A stretch of 64,000 bases of DNA, taken from assembly GCA_963849495.1 (NCBI GenBank), contig CAWKHN010000012.1, positions 21,906 to 85,905 of the forward strand, in the 5' to 3' direction. Under the pieces are notes generated by a model that ran no database searches, had not been told where the DNA came from, and worked only from the letters and a program-made list of their open reading frames with translations. Source of the DNA: an uncultured Chloroflexia bacterium. GTDB taxonomy: Bacteria > Chloroflexota > Limnocylindria > Limnocylindrales > CSP1-4. Below, piece by piece: positions 1-9,186 of the stretch. The position numbers and the translations under genes were made by a program. The first letter of the stretch is position 1; every line of letters starts with the position of its first letter.

Positions 1-2
1 CC

Positions 3-581
3 GAGGAGACGCTCCTGGTCGCGATCGCCGATCTTGCAGCGACGGCGATTGCAGCGTTCCGCACGGCGTCCCTCGCCGCGGAGCGCGCCGAGTGGTTCGA
101 GCGCGTGGCCCACACCGATCCCCTCACGGGTCTGTCGAACTCCCGGACCCTCGCGCGCATCCTGGAGCTGGAGGTCGCGCGGGCGCAGCGACAGGAGAGC
201 GAGGTGTCCGTCGCCCTGTTCGACATCGACGGCTTTACCGAGCTCAACGCCAAGTCCGGGTCGCGCGCCGGCGACCAGGTCCTCCGACAGGTCGCCGCTG
301 TGCTGGCCGAGAAGGTGCGCCTCGTGGACACGATCGCCCGCACGGGCGGCGATGAGTTCGTGCTGGTCGCACCGGGCTCGGCCGGCGTGACGGTCGCGAG
401 GCGCGTGCTCGACGGCATCGCGGCGCTCGAGGCGGTCGACGGCCTTCCGATCTCCGTGTCCGCCGGCGTGGCGCGGTTCCCGCAGGATGGGGCGGACGCG
501 GATGCGCTGCTGGCCGCGGCGCGAGAGGCTCTGGCCGGGTCATCGGACCGGGCATCGATCTCCGAGGCAGCCGGCGCCTGA
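3..581 (+). CDS. Sensor diguanylate cyclase (GGDEF domain), 5'-truncated by the window edge
   Basis: Frame is open from base 3 (EETLLVAIADLAATAI..., resembling a GAF C-terminal helix) into TDPLTGL and ARTGGDEF. Stop at 579-581. Confidence 0.9.
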   Translation, partial: EETLLVAIADLAATAIAAFRTASLAAERAEWFERVAHTDPLTGLSNSRTLARILELEVARAQRQESEVSVALFDIDGFTELNAKSGSRAGDQVLRQVAAVLAEKVRLVDTIARTGGDEFVLVAPGSAGVTVARRVLDGIAALEAVDGLPISVSAGVARFPQDGADADALLAAAREALAGSSDRASISEAAGA

Positions 582-597
582 CGGAGCCGGCCTCCCC

Positions 598-1293
598 TCA
601 GCCGGCGGGCCGGATCGTGACCCCGACCGCCGCGGCAAGACAGGGCAGGCGGTCCGCGACGCGGCGCACGGCCGTGACGGCACCGGTCAGCACCGCGGCC
701 TCGTCTCCTGTCGCATCCACGATCGCGTAGCGGCCCGGCTCCTCGGCCGCGAAGCCGAGGAACGCCTCGCGCACCCGGCGGTGGTAGTCCACGTCCTGGA
801 ACGCCTCGAATCGGGTGACCTCGGCTGACTTGCGGCCAAGGCCCGCTTCGACGGGGAGATCGAGGAGGATGGTGAGGTCGGGCACCAGGCCCCCGGTCGC
901 GAACCGCTGCACGACCCTGAGCTCGTCCATCGGCACGCCGGACGCGTGACCCTGGTAGGCGAGCGAGGAGTCCGCATACCGGTCACACACAACGACGGCC
1001 CCGCGTGCCAGCGCCGGGCGGATCACCTCGGTGACGTGCTGCGCGCGCGAGGCGGCGAACAGCAGCGCATCCGCGAGCCCGGTGCGGTCGATCCGGGGCT
1101 CCGTGTCGAGCACGAGACGGCGGATCTGGTCGCCGAGCGGCGTGGACCCTGGTTCGCGGGTCGTCACCACATCACAGCCACCGGTGCGCAGCACGGCTGC
1201 GAGCCGGGGCAGCAGGCTCGACTTCCCGGATCCGTCCGGCCCCTCGAGGGTGATGAACACGCCCCGGACGGAAGCGTCAGCGATGCTCTCCAC
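598..1293 (-). CDS. tmk: Thymidylate kinase
   Basis: P-loop FITLEGPDGSGKS, TREPG and CDRY..SS.AYQG motifs. TACACT -10 hexamer 6 nt before the GTG. Confidence 0.95.
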   Translation of the reverse strand: MESIADASVRGVFITLEGPDGSGKSSLLPRLAAVLRTGGCDVVTTREPGSTPLGDQIRRLVLDTEPRIDRTGLADALLFAASRAQHVTEVIRPALARGAVVVCDRYADSSLAYQGHASGVPMDELRVVQRFATGGLVPDLTILLDLPVEAGLGRKSAEVTRFEAFQDVDYHRRVREAFLGFAAEEPGRYAIVDATGDEAAVLTGAVTAVRRVADRLPCLAAAVGVTIRPAG

Positions 1294-1403
1294 GGATCGA
1301 GTGTATGGGATCGCGGCGGGGCCGAGCCGGACTCGCCCGGCAGCGCGCGATGACCTCCAATGCCCGGCAGCGCCCGGCAGGCGGGCTTGGTACCCTCGAC
1401 CCG

Positions 1404-2846
1404 ATGCGGGATCTGACCAATCGTGCCCTCGACACGGCCACCGCCCTCGGTGCGAGCTACGCCGACGTGCGGGTGGTTCGGCGCCTCGACGAATCCATCA
1501 ACATCAAGTCCGCCCGGGTCGAGGGGGTCTCGAGCGGCGAGACCGAGGGCTTCGGCGTCCGTGTCATCGTGGATGGAGCCTGGGGATTCGCCGCCAGCCA
1601 TCACCTGAGCACCGGCGAGGCTGATCGGGTCGCCGCCGAAGCCGTCCGCATCGCGAAGGCGAGCGCGACAGCAATCCGGACCCCGGTCCGACTGGATGAC
1701 AGGCCTCCGTCACGCGGATCGTTCGAGGGCCCGGTCGGCGAGGACCCGTTCGCCATGCCGCTGGACCGGAAGATCGCGGACCTGCTCGCCGCGGACCGGG
1801 CCATGAACCGGGTCAAGGGGATCGCCTACACCGAGTCGCTCTACTCGGCCCAGCGCGAGTGGAAGACCTTCGCGGCCAGCGACGGCAGCTACACGGAGCA
1901 GGTCATCACCCACATCGGCAGCGGCCTGGAGGCGAACGCCATCGAGGGCGACGAGCACCAGCGGCGCAGCTTCCCCGACAACGGCGGCCTGTGGGCGTCG
2001 GCTGGGTACGAGTTCGTCCGGGCGATGGACCTGGAGGCCAACGCGGAGCGGATCGCGAGCGAGGCCGTCGAGCTTCTGAGCGCACCGCCCCTGCCGGCCG
2101 GGACCCGTACGATCCTGCTCCATCCCAGCCAGCTCTACATGCAGGTCCACGAGAGCTGCGGCCACCCGACGGAGCTCGATCGCGCATACGGCACGGAGGC
2201 CAGCTACGCCGGCACGAGCTTCCTCATGCCGGACATGCTCGATGACTTCCGCTACGGGTCCGACCTGGTCGACATCGTCGCCGACGCCACGGTCGCAGGG
2301 GGCCTCGGCACCTTCGGCTGGGACGATGAGGGCGTCGTGGCACAGCAGGTCCCCCTGATCAGGGAGGGGATGTTCGTCGGCTACCTGAGCTCACGCGAGA
2401 CGGCCCCTCGAATCGGGCGGCGGTCCGGGGGAGCAATGCGGGCCGACGGCTGGAACCGCATCCCGCTGATCCGGATGACGAACGTCAACCTGCTGCCGAA
2501 GCCGGGCATGAGCTTCGAGGACATCGTCGCCGACACCGACGACGGGCTGCTGTTCGAGACCAATCGCAGCTGGTCCATCGATGACCGGCGCCTCAACTTC
2601 CAGTTCGCCACGGAGATCTGCCGGGAGATCAAGGGCGGCAAGCCCGGCCGTCTCTATCGCAACGGCACGTACACCGGCATCACCCATGAGCTGTGGCGCT
2701 CGATGGACGCCGTCGGCGACGCGAGCTCGTGGTCGATGTGGGGCACGCCGAACTGCGGCAAGGGCGAGCCGCCGCAGACCGGCCACGTGGGCCACGGGGT
2801 CTCCGGGGCCCGGTTCCGGAACGTCCGGGTGGGGGTCATGGGGTGA
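1404..2846 (+). CDS. tldD: TldD family metalloprotease subunit
   Basis: HESCGHPTE metal motif, GTFGWDDEG, RMTN and C-terminal CGKG. Start placed at ATG 1404, after the TACCCT -10. Confidence 0.92.
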   Translation: MRDLTNRALDTATALGASYADVRVVRRLDESINIKSARVEGVSSGETEGFGVRVIVDGAWGFAASHHLSTGEADRVAAEAVRIAKASATAIRTPVRLDDRPPSRGSFEGPVGEDPFAMPLDRKIADLLAADRAMNRVKGIAYTESLYSAQREWKTFAASDGSYTEQVITHIGSGLEANAIEGDEHQRRSFPDNGGLWASAGYEFVRAMDLEANAERIASEAVELLSAPPLPAGTRTILLHPSQLYMQVHESCGHPTELDRAYGTEASYAGTSFLMPDMLDDFRYGSDLVDIVADATVAGGLGTFGWDDEGVVAQQVPLIREGMFVGYLSSRETAPRIGRRSGGAMRADGWNRIPLIRMTNVNLLPKPGMSFEDIVADTDDGLLFETNRSWSIDDRRLNFQFATEICREIKGGKPGRLYRNGTYTGITHELWRSMDAVGDASSWSMWGTPNCGKGEPPQTGHVGHGVSGARFRNVRVGVMG

Positions 2847-4213
2847 GCGAGCATCACGGCATCGGCGGCGACCCCGCTGAGGCACTCCGGCTGGCCGAGC
2901 TCGTGGTCGACCTGTCCGCGACGGCAGGGGCGACCGAGGCGGAGGCGCTGGTCGTCGCCGGCGAGTCGGCGCTGACCCGGTTCGCCAACTCCGAGATCCA
3001 CCAGAACGTTGCCAGCGCAGAGGTGTTCGTCAACCTGCGGTTCGTGATCGGACGTCGCGTGGGTGTCGCCTCTTCCGGGCGCATGGACGAGGAGGGGTTG
3101 CGCGCCCTGGTCGAGCGTGCGTCCGCCATCGCGGCCAACGTCGAAGAGCTCGAGGACTGGCCCGGCCTGCCCGAGGCGGATGCCCCGCAGCCGTTAAGCG
3201 CTGCCTGGTCCGACGGCACGGCCCACGCGACACCGGAGCTTCGGGCCGAGGGAGTCAGGGCCGTGATCGCCGCGGCGGATGCGGCGGGAGTAACCGCCTA
3301 CGGCTCGTTCTCGACCGAGGCCGAGGCGGTCGCGGTCGCGAGCTCGAAGGGGATCCGGGCGGCCGAGCGGCGGACCACGTCCCAGCTCCTGACGGTCACG
3401 ATGGGTCCCGACAACGGAACCGGGTACGCGGAGCAGTGCGCGGTGGACGCCACGACCATCGACGCCGCCGCGATCGGCCGCGAAGCCTCGGAGCGAGCCC
3501 GGGCCAGCGCCAACCCCGTCGACATCGCGCCCGGTGACTACCCGGTGGTCCTCCAGAGCTACGCCGTGGTGGACCTCACGGACATGCTCGGCTACCTCGG
3601 CTTCTCGGCGCTCGCCGTGCAGGAGGATCGCTCGTTCTTCGAGGCCGGCAAGCGGGTGGCGTCGCCCCTGGTCTCGATCACAGATGACGGGCGCGATCCG
3701 GCCGGACTGCCGATGGGCTTCGACGCGGAGGGCGTCCCCAAGCAGCGTCTCGCGCTCCTGGACGCCGGCGTGTGCCGGGATCTCGCATACGACCGGCAGA
3801 CGGCGGCACGCGCCGGGCGCCGGTCGACTGGTCACGGGCTCCCGGCCCCCAACCCGTACGGGCCGTTCCCGACCAACATGGTCATGGCCTCAGGCGACGC
3901 GAGCATCGAGGATCTCGTCGGCGGGCTGGATCGCGGGCTGCTGGTCACCCGCTTCCATTACACCAACCCGGTGTACCCGAAGCGGATGGTGATCACGGGC
4001 ATGACCAGGGACGGCACCTTCCTCGTCGAGGGCGGCAAGGTCGTGGGACCCGTGCGGAACCTGCGGTTCACGATGTCGTATCTCGATGCTCTCGCCAACG
4101 TGGAGGCTGTCGGCCGCGACCGGCGATGCCTGCGCGGGCTCCTGGGTGGCAGTGTCGTCCCGGCCCTGCGCCTGTCGTCGTTCTCCTTCACCGGCGCGAC
4201 GGCCGCCGGCTGA
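2843..4213 (+). CDS. tldE: TldE/PmbA family protein
   Basis: TRFANSEIHQN, FDAEGVP, STGH and TGMTRDG motifs. GTGA overlap with the tldD stop. Confidence 0.88.
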   Translation: MSEHHGIGGDPAEALRLAELVVDLSATAGATEAEALVVAGESALTRFANSEIHQNVASAEVFVNLRFVIGRRVGVASSGRMDEEGLRALVERASAIAANVEELEDWPGLPEADAPQPLSAAWSDGTAHATPELRAEGVRAVIAAADAAGVTAYGSFSTEAEAVAVASSKGIRAAERRTTSQLLTVTMGPDNGTGYAEQCAVDATTIDAAAIGREASERARASANPVDIAPGDYPVVLQSYAVVDLTDMLGYLGFSALAVQEDRSFFEAGKRVASPLVSITDDGRDPAGLPMGFDAEGVPKQRLALLDAGVCRDLAYDRQTAARAGRRSTGHGLPAPNPYGPFPTNMVMASGDASIEDLVGGLDRGLLVTRFHYTNPVYPKRMVITGMTRDGTFLVEGGKVVGPVRNLRFTMSYLDALANVEAVGRDRRCLRGLLGGSVVPALRLSSFSFTGATAAG

Positions 4214-4225
4214 ACGGCGGGCACG

Positions 4226-4519
4226 ATGGGGATCGGCGACGCGCGCTCATCGGACCTGACGATCTTCATCGACCCGGATGCGTCGATCACGGTGGACGTA
4301 GGCTCCCGGTTCGTCGCCGTGGACGCCGAGGAGCTCGAACGCATCCTTGACCGCCTCGCCGCCGACGGCGGATCGCTGCGGCTGCTGGGCGCTCCCGACC
4401 GCGCGGACGATGGCGACGAGCCGCCCGACCGCGAGAGCGATCCGGCCGTCGGCGCTGCCTCGCACGTGCTGGCACTGGCCCATGCCCGCGGGCTCGACGT
4501 GATCCGCGGAGACCAGTGA
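4226..4519 (+). CDS. Hypothetical protein (97 aa)
   Basis: Fills the gap between tldE and the next gene on the same strand. No family recognised. Confidence 0.55.
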   Translation: MGIGDARSSDLTIFIDPDASITVDVGSRFVAVDAEELERILDRLAADGGSLRLLGAPDRADDGDEPPDRESDPAVGAASHVLALAHARGLDVIRGDQ

Positions 4520-4520
4520 C

Positions 4521-4973
4521 ATGGCCCCGAAGGACACCATCCGATCCCGGCTCGCCCGCCGGTTCGATCCCGCCGAGCTGCGTGCGATCAAGCGCCTCTG
4601 GATCCGCCATTCGATCGCGGAGGACGCGCGCGACATCGACGGGCTGATCGCGACGCTGGCTCCGGATTGCGTCTACGAGATGGTGCCCACCGGCCAGCGA
4701 TGGGAGGGCCACGAGGGGGCCCGGATGTTCTACACGGAGCTGTTCGCAGCCTTTCCGGACAACCGTTTCGGGCTGACTGACATCGTGGTGGGGCCGCAGG
4801 GCGTGTTCGAGGCCGCACAGCTGACGGGGACGAACCTGGGACCCTGGGCCGGCGTACCGGCATCCGGGCTGCCGGTCAGCCTGGGTGTGCTGATCCTGTT
4901 CCCGTGGGACCCCGCCACGCGGCTGTTCCTCGGCGAGCGAATCTGGTTCGACCGCGGCGCCATCGGCAGCTGA
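4521..4973 (+). CDS. SnoaL-like/ester cyclase (NTF2-like) protein
   Basis: HSIAEDARDIDGLIATL...FYTELFAAFPD...GTNLGPWAGVPASG pattern. Confidence 0.85.
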   Translation: MAPKDTIRSRLARRFDPAELRAIKRLWIRHSIAEDARDIDGLIATLAPDCVYEMVPTGQRWEGHEGARMFYTELFAAFPDNRFGLTDIVVGPQGVFEAAQLTGTNLGPWAGVPASGLPVSLGVLILFPWDPATRLFLGERIWFDRGAIGS

Positions 4974-5078
4974 TCTCGTCGGGAGCCCGGGACGGCATCG
5001 TGACCGGCCGCGCGAGGCGTGCCGGTCACGACGAGGAAGGGGGGAATGCCCGGGATCAACCCGGGCTGGAGCTCCGGG

Positions 5079-6008
5079 TCAGTGGTGTCCGAACGTGCCG
5101 TTGACCTGGTCGGTCGCCCGCTGGGTGACCTCGGTCTTCATGCTGTCGGCCTGGGCCTGCGTGATGGTCCCGGCCTTGACCTGGGCGGCGAGCTCGTCGA
5201 GCCCGTCCTGGACGAGGGCGTCGATCACCGTCTGGGTGGCGACGTTGTGGGCCTTGGCGACGTCCGCGATCGTCTGGCCGCCCTGGAGGGCGGTCTTGAG
5301 ATCGGCCTCGGTGATCCCGATCGCCTTGGCGACGACCGAGGCATCGCTGACAGCTTCATTGCGGCCGAAGCCGCCCGGGCCGGCGTGATCGCCTCGCCCG
5401 GGGCCGGCCCTGAACGTGCCGTTGACCTGGTCGGTCGCCCGCTGGGTGACCTGCGTCTTCATGCTGTCGGCCTGGGCCTGGGTGATGGTCCCGGCCTTGA
5501 CCTGGGCGGCGAGCTCGTCGAGCCCGTCCTGGACGAGGGCGTCGATCACCGTCTGGGTGGCGACGTTGTGGGCCGTCGCGACCTGCGCGATGGTCTGGCC
5601 GCCCTGGAGGGCGGTCTTGAGATCGGCCTCGGTGATCCCGATCGCCTTGGCGACGACCGAGGCATCGCTGACAGCTTCATTGCGGCCGAAGCCGCCCGGG
5701 CCGGCGTGATCGCCGCCCTTGCCGGGACCCGGATGATCGCCATCCGCTTTCGGGTTCGTGTCGGCATCTGTGTTGCCCGTGGCGGCGGGCGTCGTGGTTG
5801 CTGCGGGGGTCGGTGAGGCGGCGTCCACTGCCAGCGGCCCGACGATCGATGCTGCGGCGATCCCGCCGGCCACGATCGTCCCGAGCGCAGCCGCCTTGAT
5901 GCCGTGGCCGCGCCGACGGACACGCGGAGTCGTGGGGACGGCAGCCTCGGGCGAGCCGAACGGGTCGCCGGGAAGAAACGGTTCCGGCATCTCGTTGTCG
6001 TTGGTCAT
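5079..6008 (-). CDS. Secreted or membrane-anchored hypothetical protein with two near-identical ~100-aa helical domains
   Basis: Arg-rich stretch, hydrophobic helix and AVDA motif, a Thr/Pro linker, then the duplicated AVSDASVVAKAIGITEADLK...DQVNGTF domain. Confidence 0.85.
   Translation of the reverse strand: MTNDNEMPEPFLPGDPFGSPEAAVPTTPRVRRRGHGIKAAALGTIVAGGIAAASIVGPLAVDAASPTPAATTTPAATGNTDADTNPKADGDHPGPGKGGDHAGPGGFGRNEAVSDASVVAKAIGITEADLKTALQGGQTIAQVATAHNVATQTVIDALVQDGLDELAAQVKAGTITQAQADSMKTQVTQRATDQVNGTFRAGPGRGDHAGPGGFGRNEAVSDASVVAKAIGITEADLKTALQGGQTIADVAKAHNVATQTVIDALVQDGLDELAAQVKAGTITQAQADSMKTEVTQRATDQVNGTFGHH
5091..5714. repeat. Intragenic direct repeat, two ~303-bp copies with 321-bp period (5091-5393 and 5412-5714)
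   Basis: Copies align base by base with about ten mismatches by eye. Confidence 0.92.
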
Positions 6009-6050
6009 CGGGGTTCCTTTCAAGGTGCGGTGGCCGCCGGGCGGCCCATT

Positions 6051-6081
6051 GGCTCGCGGACCGCGCAGGCGTCCGCGAGCC
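6051..6081. terminator. GC-rich stem-loop (GGCTCGCGGA / TCCGCGAGCC) downstream of the BTAD regulator
   Basis: Perfect 10-bp inverted repeat with an 11-nt loop. No U-tract. Confidence 0.4.
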
Positions 6082-6145
6082 GTACCCTGCCCTGCCGATC
6101 CTTTCGAACCCGTGACACGCGGCGGAGGTTGCGCGGCGCCCGGAC

Positions 6146-9022
6146 CTACCAGGTCACGAGCTTCCAGATCTCGGGCTCGAGCTCGCCGGGCCGGCCCCCG
6201 ACCTCCGCGAAGATCGCCACCGCCCGCTTGAGGTGGACCATCGCCTCGTCCGGCAGGCCGACGGCGTGGAGCTGATCGGCGAGGTTGTTCTCGACAGCTG
6301 CCTCAAGGTGGCGCTCGCCCGTCCGCCGGCACGCCTCGAGGGCTGCTTCGAGCAGGACGATGGCAGCCCTCCGGTCTCCGGAGGCTGCCTCCACCAGCGC
6401 GAGGGCATTGCGGGCCGCGATCGCCGCCCCCGCGTCCGGATCGGCTTCGGCAAGCTCGAGGCTGCGCAGGAGGACCGTTCGGGCTTCGGCAAGGTCACCG
6501 CGTTCCCTGGCGACAAGCCCGAGCACCCGGTGCGCGGCACCGGCCGCGGGATCATCGCCCGCGGCTTGAGCCAGCTCCAGCGCGCGGACCGCGAACGCCG
6601 CCGCCCGCGTGAGCTCGCCCGCCCGGTGGGCGACGACGGACCGTTCCACCAGCGCGCGGGCGAGAAGCCGGTGGTCGCCGACGGTAGACCTGTCCGCTTC
6701 GATCGCGGCGTCGAGATAGCTTGCCGCAGCGACAAGGTCGCCGCGACGTGCGTGCACCCGGCCGAGGCGGAGCTCCACCCCGGGCAGCCCTGCCTCGTCC
6801 GTGACCGCAGCGGCGGCCTCCAGTGCTGCGATCGCGCCCGCGTAGTCTCCGACCGCGGTCCGAACCTCGCCGAGGGCAAGCTGGATCCCGGCAACGTCCG
6901 GGTGCCCGAGCGCAAGCGCAGTCTCGAGGTGAGCGACGGCCTCGCGCGGGGCGTACAGCGCGCGCTCACGGAGGCCCGCCTGGCGGAAGGCTTCAGCCGC
7001 CTCAGCGTCACGTCCTGCCTCGCGCTCGTGGACCGCCACCTGGACGAGGCGGCCGGGATCGTCGCGGTGGGCCGGGTCGGCGCGCAGCAGGTCGGCCGTC
7101 CGGCGGTGGAGCAGCCGGCGGCGGGCCAGGCCGATCGCCTCGTGGGCGGCTTCGCGAAGCCTCGCGTGGGAGAAGTCGAACGCGATCCCGGGCCTCGTCC
7201 CGACCTCTCGCACGATCCCGTGTCGGACCAGCTCCTCCAGCGCCGTGAGCGTCTCATCCTCCGACCGGCCGCTGGTTCCCCGGACCAGCGAGAGGTCGAA
7301 CGAGCGGCCGATGACGGCCGCGGCGGCCAGCACCTGGCCGGCCGTCTCGCTCACCCTGGAGAGTCGTTCGCGCAGCAATGCGCGGACCGTCCTCGCGGGC
7401 CCGTCCGCGCCAGGCGATCCGGCGGCGAGCGCTTCCACGATGTACAGGGGGAGGCCTTCCGAGGCCTCGACCAGCGCGTCAACCTCGACCGGCCGCAACC
7501 CTGCGTCGGCGGCGGAGGCCGCCAGCGTCGCGACGACGTCACGGGACAGCCGGCCCAAGGTAACGGACACCACCCCGGGAAGAACCTCGATCGTCGTCGC
7601 AAACGCCGCGCCGGGCGGATCGAGATCCTCGGGCCGCCAGGCCAGCAGGAGCAGCATCGGACGTCCGGCGAGGCGCCGGGCGAGGTACGTCAGCACCTCC
7701 CGCGAGGCGTCGTCGGCCCAATGGAGGTCCTCGACGATGACGAGCCCGGGCACTGGCCCGGCGACGAGTGCGGCCAGCGAGGTCGCCAGGGCGTCCAAAA
7801 GGCGGGCGCGCGCGCCGGGGAGGTCTCCGGGTGCGTCGGGTGCGCTCCGGCGGCCGCCGGCGCGTGCCGCGCTCGCGGGGAGCGCCACGAGTCGCTCCAG
7901 CTCGCCGAGCGTCGCGTCGGGCAGGTCGCGCAGGCGGTCGAGCGCATCGTGGCGCGCAAGGCCGGCACGCAGCAGCTCGATGATCGGCCCGTAGGCGATG
8001 CCGCTCTCGGACGCGAACGCCCGCGCGCCAAGGGTCACGCCACCGGCAGCCTCCACGGCCCCGGTGACGGCCTCCGCGATCCGGGTCTTGCCGATCCCCG
8101 CCTCGCCGGTCACAGCCACGACCCGCCCATCCGTGCCCGCGGCCCGGTACGCCGACAGGATGGCCGCCAGCTGGGCATCGCGCCCGACCATCGGCAGCCG
8201 ACCGGGGGCAACCGGCGCCGAGGCCACGATGATCGAGCCGGGCTCCGGCTGCGGGATCGTCACGCTGAGGCGGCCATTGCGGATCGCCTCATAGAGCTCG
8301 GTGGTCTCGGCAAGGGGGGCCACGCCCAGCTCACGCTCCAGAACCGCGACGCACGCCCGGTACTGGCGGATCGCCCCGGCGCGATCCCCGGACCGGGCGA
8401 GGTACGTCATCAGCCGCCGATGCGCGGGCTCGTCGAGCGAGTCGAGGTCGACGAGCCGCTGCGCAGCCGCGATCGCCCCGTCGAGGTCCCCGGACGCCTC
8501 GGCAGCCGATGCCAGCCGGTCGAGCACTCCCATGACGCTCCGGTCGACGGAGACCGACCGCGTCGCCCGCCAGTCGTCGAACTCGGGGCTGTCGCGCAGG
8601 GAGAACCCGACGAGGAACGGGCCGCGGGCGAGATCCGCGGCGGCTCGCAGCGCGTCGGCATCCGACGTGGACGTGGCAACCTCGAGCACCGCGAGATCCA
8701 CCCACGCCCCGTCGAGCTCGACACTGGAGCGGTCGACGCGGAGCCACCGGTCGCCAAGCGCCGCCCGGAGGACCGACAGCGTCCGCCGGAGGGCGCCCCG
8801 GGCCGACTCGTCGTCCGACTCGGGCCACAGCATCGCGGCGAGCTCCTCGCGCGCCAACGGGCGTCCCTCCACTGCCAGCAGCGCGAGGATGGCGAGGGCC
8901 TTGCGCGTGTCCACGACCAGGGGCACGCCGTCCACTCGAACCTCGAGCGGACCGAGGATGCGGATCTGAAGCCCAGCCGGCGAAACGGGCTCCGAGGCCG
9001 TCGTGGTCACGGAGTGAGACAT
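6146..9022 (-). CDS. SARP/AfsR-like transcriptional activator: winged HTH + BTAD + STAND/AAA ATPase + TPR
   Basis: IRILGPLEV...LWPESDDESARGALRRTLS (wHTH), DLARGPFL...FDDW and DEPAHRRLM (BTAD), VGRDAQL...GEAGIGKT (Walker A), VEDLHWAD (Walker B), then TPR helices. Start placed at ATG 9022. Confidence 0.92.
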   Translation of the reverse strand: MSHSVTTTASEPVSPAGLQIRILGPLEVRVDGVPLVVDTRKALAILALLAVEGRPLAREELAAMLWPESDDESARGALRRTLSVLRAALGDRWLRVDRSSVELDGAWVDLAVLEVATSTSDADALRAAADLARGPFLVGFSLRDSPEFDDWRATRSVSVDRSVMGVLDRLASAAEASGDLDGAIAAAQRLVDLDSLDEPAHRRLMTYLARSGDRAGAIRQYRACVAVLERELGVAPLAETTELYEAIRNGRLSVTIPQPEPGSIIVASAPVAPGRLPMVGRDAQLAAILSAYRAAGTDGRVVAVTGEAGIGKTRIAEAVTGAVEAAGGVTLGARAFASESGIAYGPIIELLRAGLARHDALDRLRDLPDATLGELERLVALPASAARAGGRRSAPDAPGDLPGARARLLDALATSLAALVAGPVPGLVIVEDLHWADDASREVLTYLARRLAGRPMLLLLAWRPEDLDPPGAAFATTIEVLPGVVSVTLGRLSRDVVATLAASAADAGLRPVEVDALVEASEGLPLYIVEALAAGSPGADGPARTVRALLRERLSRVSETAGQVLAAAAVIGRSFDLSLVRGTSGRSEDETLTALEELVRHGIVREVGTRPGIAFDFSHARLREAAHEAIGLARRRLLHRRTADLLRADPAHRDDPGRLVQVAVHEREAGRDAEAAEAFRQAGLRERALYAPREAVAHLETALALGHPDVAGIQLALGEVRTAVGDYAGAIAALEAAAAVTDEAGLPGVELRLGRVHARRGDLVAAASYLDAAIEADRSTVGDHRLLARALVERSVVAHRAGELTRAAAFAVRALELAQAAGDDPAAGAAHRVLGLVARERGDLAEARTVLLRSLELAEADPDAGAAIAARNALALVEAASGDRRAAIVLLEAALEACRRTGERHLEAAVENNLADQLHAVGLPDEAMVHLKRAVAIFAEVGGRPGELEPEIWKLVTW

Positions 9023-9055
9023 TGCGCGTAACGGTACCGCGCCGCGGCCAGATCT

Positions 9056-9088
9056 CGTAACGTTCTGCAAACGGCGCCGTTCCACCAT
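9056..9088 (+). promoter_or_regulatory. Direct-repeat activator box plus -10 (site 1): CGTAACG-ttctg-CAAACG ... CACCAT
   Basis: TAACG and AAACG are 11 bp apart, and a NANNNT hexamer sits at offset 27-32. Same geometry as sites 2 and 3. An extra CGTAACG lies at 9027. Confidence 0.6.
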
Positions 9089-9096
9089 CCGAGGCC

Positions 9097-9186
9097 ATGA
9101 CCGCGTCCCGAGCCGTGCCCAACGTCGCACGCGTACCCGTCCCGCTTGCCGTCGCCATCTCGGCCGTCGCGCCGGAGCGACCTTGA
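9097..9186 (+). CDS. Putative 29-aa leader peptide (MTASRAVPNVARVPVPLAVAISAVAPERP)
   Basis: ATG 8 nt after the site-1 -10. Its TGA overlaps the ATG of the next gene (TGATG). Confidence 0.4.
   Translation: MTASRAVPNVARVPVPLAVAISAVAPERP

Noticed and set aside
6233-9031. 932-aa plus-strand ORF (likewise 21623-24451 + and 16677-19058 -)
   Set aside because: Antisense shadows of the BTAD regulator, the P-type ATPase and the PP2C gene.
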